Shown piece after piece: positions 58,001 through 64,000 of a stretch of 64,000 nucleotides of DNA. The DNA comes from Klebsormidium nitens (taxonomy: Eukaryota > Plantae > Klebsormidiophyceae). Positions within the stretch are counted from its first letter, which is position 1. The number at the start of each line of letters is the position of its first letter. The translations under genes and the position numbers were made by a program. The notes under the pieces are model-generated. The model made no database searches. It was not told the DNA's origin and saw only the letters and a program-made list of their open reading frames with translations. Where the stretch lies: positions 77,264 to 141,263 of the forward strand of contig DF237160.1 of assembly GCA_000708835.1 (NCBI GenBank), in the 5' to 3' direction.

Positions 58001-61000
58001 AGGAGGCCCAGTAAGCGGGCTCGTCGAAAAGGATGTAGGCCTTGAGCAGGTACTCATAGAAGGAGTCGACTCCTGAAGGGGAAAAGTTCGACGTTTGAAG
58101 TGCTTGCCGTGAGTAAGCTGGACATTGTTCAATCTTTAAACCTAGCTAGTCAAAGCGTTGAGGGATGCTATAAGCTTACACAAGGCGGCAGTCTGAAGAG
58201 GCCTTGAAAGAGTTGTAGGCTTTGGAGAGGTACTCGAAGAAGAAGTTGGGCTTGGGAAAGCGGGTTATGGTATCAAACGCGGGTTACAAGGATCAACATG
58301 GAAGCTTTGAAAAAGGGCGCCAAAGTAGCCCGGCGCGTTGGACGAGATGTCGGCGTCGGCCTTGAGGAGGTACTGAAAAACGTTGTGAAGAACAGTGGGC
58401 GCCTGAAGGAAAGTGGGTCATGGAGCAGCGCGGCGCGGGTTGCAGGAAGATGGGACTGCTCTGGCACAAAAGAAACAATGCTGGTGTCGACCTTGAGGAC
58501 AGATGAGCGCAAACAGATAAGTCTCAGCCTTCGCTTCAAAAATCTGCGGAAAAACGCTCTTCGCGAGCAGAGTCACTAGCCCCCGCAAAGGTTCGTTGAA
58601 TATTCGGTGGGTTGCTTGGGCTCCAAGATAGATTAGTATGCTGAAGTCTTAGCAATCTAAGTTGGCAATGCAAATCGGGCTTCGTTAAAAGTTTGCCCAG
58701 CACAGTCTCTGCTGCGCACTTCAAAAAGATACCCAGGAAATCTCTACGTTACATCATCTCCTCACCTGCTCCGATTCCGCCCGAAAACTCGATCCACTGC
58801 CCCGTCTCCACATTCAGCGTGGTGCCCATCAGGTCCGCCGGGCTGCGCATGGCCCATAGCTTACGGAGCGCCCATAAGGCGGCGTCCTCGTATTGGTGCC
58901 TCCCCGTCAGTCGACTCAGGGTGCCCATTTCTAAGATGAGTGATCCGCAGCCTGCGGTGCTGGTTTCGGGCGTCTCGCCTTTCCGAACGCCGTGACGCAG
59001 GTTGACCCATGCGTAAGGGATACCTGGAGGGGGAGAGTCTTGAAGATCAGGACCGTAAGGTGCAATAGCTCTTTCAACAGGCCTCGGATTCTCGTATTTC
59101 GAATCGCTTTTCTCAGATCGGTCCCGCTTTGATGCTTTACTCCTGGGTTCAATGGTAACTCCTCCGTTGGTCCGTGCATGAGGAGACCCGAGGGCCTGGG
59201 GAGAGGTTTAGTTTGCCAGAGTTCTCGTTGAAGCTGAGGAAGACGAATGGTGGCATTATGTTGACTGCCTATGTTGTCAGATGATTCTAGAAGCGTCCCT
59301 AGCGAGGTCGTTAACCGGCGGTTCCCCGTTTGACGGTCTGGGACATTGTCTTTCAGACGCTACCAATCTAGATCACAGAACGGCTATCGTTCAGGAACGC
59401 CTCGAGTCCTGTGCCACGAACCAGAGCAAGTACGAAAAATCCCTCTAGATCCTGTGGAGACCTGCAGTCAATAACAGGAACCACAACCCCACGATTGCAT
59501 TGAAGCTGAAACAAGTGACGAAGGTGCCCGAGGAAGTGACGACAGCAATTCCGGCAGCAATCTGAGACTTGACCGTAGTACAGATTCTTGCTAGGAAGGA
59601 GAACGAGCCGAAGTGATAGAAACAGATGGGATGTAAGCAAGGGAGGGGCGTGGATCGCATGCGCGGGGCTCTGATTGTTTATGATTAGACAACCTGCTAA
59701 AGACGGGTGGGGTTTGTCAGGGGGGTCAGGGCGGGCATGGGTGCAGAGCCGGTAAGTTTTTGTGTTTCGGTTTCCAGTTTAGCTTCCTTCTTATCAAAGC
59801 TTGAGCTCTTTGTAACTATCAAGGAGTCATCAAACGCACCGGTTGGGCTCGTGAATGCTCGCAGCAGCCGCTCTCCGAGGTCCTGCGCCAGCGCCAAAAG
59901 CCGCCCCGAGTAGCCCCCGGGCATGAGCCGGGTATCGGGATCGGACGCCAGCATGTGTGCGGACAAGAGACCGCCTAGGTGGCGAATTGTACACTGCGCA
60001 GACGTGAGATGAGGAGTGGGTTCAGACATGAGATAAATGCACGTTTCATAGCTGCAAAAAGACCTCAGGAAGGGATCGGACATACCCCTTCTTGGAGTAC
60101 TTCTGCCTTGGAAACCCCCTTTGCTTGCTGCGACAAACATCAAGCTCAAAAACCGCCGGTCGCAGACATGCAGACGCGTTGAACTGGAAGAGCATCTTAA
60201 GGCAGAGCGTATAGCTAGTTGCTGGGACGCCCTTTCGAACCTGTAAGGCGGTCACTTTCCTGATTTCCTGGATTGCTGCACTGCGCATTCAAAGGAGCCC
60301 TTCTGTGAGTATGAGCAGAAAAGTGTATCAGCGCACGTGCCAGAGTGTTGTTGGTTCTCCAGATCTTCAGATCTCCTCTTCTTACAGGACCCGCATGGTC
60401 TGGTGCAGATCTATCTGTGACTTTGGTTGTGGAAGGATTACACTGAAAGTACTTTGACCATCTTCCATTCAAAATAAAGCTCGTATCCCTTTGCCAGGGA
60501 TCAGTACCTACCTCAAAGACATTCACCCGCACATCGATGTCGAACGAGAGGTTTTCGCTGAGCCAGCTGACCCCTTTCTCAAATTCGGAAGTGTTCCCAA
60601 GAACCGCAAGCGTTGAAAGGGACTCTACGAGTGTCAGGGCAGTGCCGTTGTATGACGGGCTCAGATGCTCAAGGTTCAGGTTACCCAGCTCCATGAGAGA
60701 GTCTGTGTAGGTTTCGGAGACAGGGCGCAGTTCGTCGTGCTGCAAACAAACAGCGTTGTCTCACAGTTTGACACCTTCAGCTACCAATCAATACAAAAGC
60801 CTACGTGAGGATCTACTCATAGGCCTCCAATCAAGGCTCCTTTGATTGGAGGCCTATGAGGCCTATAAGGCTCGTTCATCCCGAAAGGCTCATCTCTGTT
60901 CTAATACAGATGAATAGCTCCATCTTCAGCCTTCAAGCAACATGGAAGAAGCCAGCATTTTCGAGGCAAATCTCACAGCGTGCTCAAACAACAAGGAGCT

Positions 61001-61212
61001 GGGATCTTTTGAATGTCACAAAATGCAGCCTTTGTATCCATTACAAGGAAACGGCTCTTACTCACAGGAAAAGCGTGCTCCATGTAGTTGTCGTACGAAT
61101 GGTGGAACATTGCTCGCGCTTTTTCTCGCAGCGCCAGCCTCTCTTCCTCCACCATCCCCAGAGCAGGGCTCAACAAGAGCAGCAACACCGTCCATTGTGT
61201 CACGAGAATCAT
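55049..61212 (-). CDS. MNS5: GH47 class I alpha-mannosidase, EDEM/MNS5 type (ERAD), signal peptide
   Basis: MFHHSYDNYMEHAFP / HDELRP...TDSLMELGNLNLEHL...LVESLSTL...VNVFE / CTIRHLGGLLSAH / IPYAWVNL...ETSTAGCGSLILEMGTLSRLTG / IGAGVDSFYEYLLK / LQAFWPGLQ / YYPLRPELAESTY / SYFLSETCKYLYLLF...TTEGH, plus the Cys-rich MNS5-type tail CGVDAASCRHRTCS. Confidence 0.95.
60816..60860. repeat. Perfect 19-bp inverted repeat with 7-nt loop in MNS5 intron 1
   Basis: CTCATAGGCCTCCAATCAA-ggctcct-TTGATTGGAGGCCTATGAG; the arms are exact reverse complements. Confidence 0.9.
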
Positions 61213-61950
61213 GGAGCGACAGGGTCCGCAACGATAGCAAGCCACACAGCTGCAGGCTAAGTGATGGGATACCCTTTTCTCCTGAAGGTCAGCAGTAATC
61301 TGACAAAAAGCTAGCGCAGGATAGCCCAGCCCACAGATTTTGCTGGACAGAGGCTTTCCCATTGACGAGAACGGAGAACAGAAGATCTATCGTTTGCATG
61401 TGGCCCAAACTTTGCAAACCCGGTTTCGAAACCTAACCCAGTAAGAGGAGCTTCACCGGACAGATCTGGCCTGCCGGTTTTCACGTTTCTTTGCACTTCT
61501 GTCACAGGAGGGGACTTCATCAGCTGCCGGTTCTTGTTTCTAAGGTTCCCCGTTACATAGTTCCCGGGTCCACGGTTAAAGTATATAATTCTTGCAAGGG
61601 AACTGCAAGCTTCAATCCCAGACGTACAAACGAGCTTTATGCTATCTAGTCTCAGAGTCTAGAGACACCCAGGGCCAAGGCTAGAGCCAACCTTCGAAGC
61701 GGCGCAAGCGCTCCAAGAAGGCCGAGGCAATGTTAAAGACATTGTGTTCACAGATAGCAAGCAGCGGCTTGACTGCTCTTTCTGTGTCAGTGTGGACAAC
61801 GGTTCCCTGGGTGCCTTACGCTGCGGGACCAGTGAACTTGTTCCTGTCTTTACTCTTTTGGCCAACAGACAGCGTCTTATGCGACTTTGTGTGGTGTTTC
61901 AGGGAAGTTGTTGCTTTTCAAGCTGCTGTCGTACTAAACTGGTAAGAAGC

Positions 61951-63921
61951 ATGGCAGAGGATGATGATGAGATTCCTGAGGAGCTGCCGGTTGAAATGCG
62001 GGAGGAGGGCCACTTCTTCGACTTTATAGACTTCTACAGGTGAAGCCGTTCTGTTTGTCATTGTCAAGTCTGCCTTCGGATTGCTGCAAAGGGCTCCTTA
62101 GCAGGGGAAAGTCCTGAAACATAAATGTGGTGCTGAGGGACTGTGCAGTTTGCGCGTTTGCTGTTTGACTCAACTGGAGTAGAACCGTGGTCACTGCTGC
62201 AGGGAATTGAAGGAAGCTATTGCACCACTGGCCACAAATTTCTGGGAATCATATGGCTTTGCTGCTCAAAACCTTAGCCCTAGGCAATTTGCAAAGCTCT
62301 CAATGTGAGGAATATACTAGCTAATACTCCTTTAGATAACCAATTTTGTGCGACCAGTCAAACAACTGGCCTGGGGCCACAGGGTGTCACTTACGCTTTG
62401 CGACATCATTGTCTGCTCTGCGGTCTAAAGTGGCAGCTTACAAAGCGCACCATCTTCATGCAGGAAAGCTGAGTTCTGCGACCGGGCCATTCGTTTAGAG
62501 ATCATGGAAGAGGGCAAGAAAGGTGAGCCATAGACAACACTGAGACTTGGAACTTCGCGCAGTACACAAAACTGTGATATGTTTCTGGTTTTGGACTACT
62601 TACACTTTAGACACTGTACACTTTTACAGTTTGCACTTTACACTTTACACTTTGCTTTTGAGAAAGACGGACCTTCCAATATTGTCTCGGAGCCTTTGAA
62701 GTGTGACTGTTAGTATACTATCTATTCTCAAACGTATCCGTAAGAACTGTATCTGTTTGGGTGGTGGTGCTCAGGCCTTTCTTAGGCAGCACCGCTGTTC
62801 ACTTCTATCGTGTTTCCTATTGTTATACTTTCGGCGGCGTGAGCCAAAGACGTGCGACCAGGTCTGATAAGGCTGTTTTGAAGGACACATTCCAGTGCCA
62901 ACACGTGCTTTAGTCATAGGTAAACATAGCTCAAATCTTTCCATGGTGTATACTCCTTGATCCTAATCGCCAAGGATTGTCCCTATGATCGTTGTTCAGG
63001 ATCCCCTACCTGCAGCCGACCAGACTGTCTTGTCGCCATATACTTTCGCCCCCTTCTCTTATCGCTGCCTTCTCCTCTTTTTGTTGACACCGTGTTCCTA
63101 TCAAAGATTAGAGACACAGTCACCCTCTCCTGAATCCTGATGCACTTCTCTCTTCTGATCATGTAGTATTGTGCGCAAGTGACGCCACCTCCAGCAGTCC
63201 ACTGACCCCTTCGGATCCGTCAGCATCAAGCGAGGGAGCGACAGCACGTTTTGAGCAAATCATCAGTCAACTCCATTGTCCTCGCTGCCAAGAGCTGCGT
63301 GCTCCGGGCGATGCTGTCAAACGGGATGAAAGAAAGCAACAAGACCACGCCCGTGACCTTGATGGTCACCCAGAGTGGTAAGCAAAGTTCTGCTTCCTGG
63401 AAGTTCTTCTCGTACACGAACAGCGATTCTTATGACGATCAGCAGGCTTCCTCGGTTGTATTGTTGAATTCGTTCACCATGGGAACCGCTTTAGAATATC
63501 TCCGGATGGAAGTTCGTTGGAGCGTCCCCTGCTTTGAAGTTTGCCTGACGAGGATTCTGGTCGGTCATTGAACATTTGTACTCTCGAATTTATCCTCCTC
63601 TTCCTCTTACGTGACGCATCAATGTTCCCTCTTTCCCCCGCAGAGAGAGCCGCTTTCAAAGAGATGCTACACTTCCTGTACGCTGGCACCCTATCACCCC
63701 AGCTCCAAGAGCCCAGCACCCCCATGAGCAGCTTCGTCGACCTCCTCGTTGTGGCTGACAAGTTCGAGGTGCCCTCCCTCATGGGTGCTATCATCAAGTA
63801 CCTCAGAGCCTGCAACCTCGATGTGGCTTCCGGCGTTGAGATTCTTTCGCTGATCCCGAAGGCGTTGGCGGACCGTCCGGGCTTCAAACACGTGGCTGAC
63901 TTGGCACGTGCCTGCATGTAA
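61951..63921 (+). CDS. BTB/POZ domain protein (POB1/LRB-like); 5' exon assignment uncertain, may continue beyond the window
   Basis: VNSIVLAAKSCVLRAMLSNGMKES (about 63250-63376) spliced to ERAAFKEMLHFLYAG...DLLVVADKFEVPSL (63641-63921) gives the classic BTB pattern. Putative first exon MAEDDDEIPEE...FFDFIDFY at 61951-62040. Confidence 0.75.
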
Positions 63922-64000
63922 CGATTACGACTGGTTAAGCCTAACCTCGTTCTCGACAGGATTTCGTTGACCGCGAGTTAGCAAAACGGCGGTGGTTACG

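Noticed and set aside
62590-62655. ACACTTT-rich low-complexity run
   Set aside because: Ordinary degenerate microsatellite in an intron or intergenic region.

Overview
Eukaryotic, intron-rich nuclear DNA from a streptophyte green alga. Klebsormidium-like is an inference from the land-plant-type orthologues (RECQ3, MAP70, TAF4, MNS5, ELIP), GC-rich codons and intron style. Genes assembled by hand from exons and GT-AG sites, in order: coiled-coil/BTB protein, ABC1/ADCK1-type kinase (-), RECQ3 helicase (+), ELIP (+), intronless GT61-type glycosyltransferase (+), MAP70 (-), TAF4 (+), UPF0390/C19orf53-like (-), RPC4 (+), GH47 MNS5/EDEM mannosidase (-) and a partial BTB/POZ gene (+). No prokaryotic features, CRISPR array or intact transposon were found. 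The main unexplained signal recurs in the introns of six unrelated genes. They carry decaying copies ('echoes') of the adjacent exon end plus its splice site, always just inside the intron, at spacings of about 136-180 bp by hand count and in up to 5 tandem units. Several echoes keep the reading frame and a usable AG or GT. This suggests a junction-centred, roughly nucleosome-length tandem-duplication process that builds introns and candidate new exons. The mechanism is inference, and novelty could not be checked.
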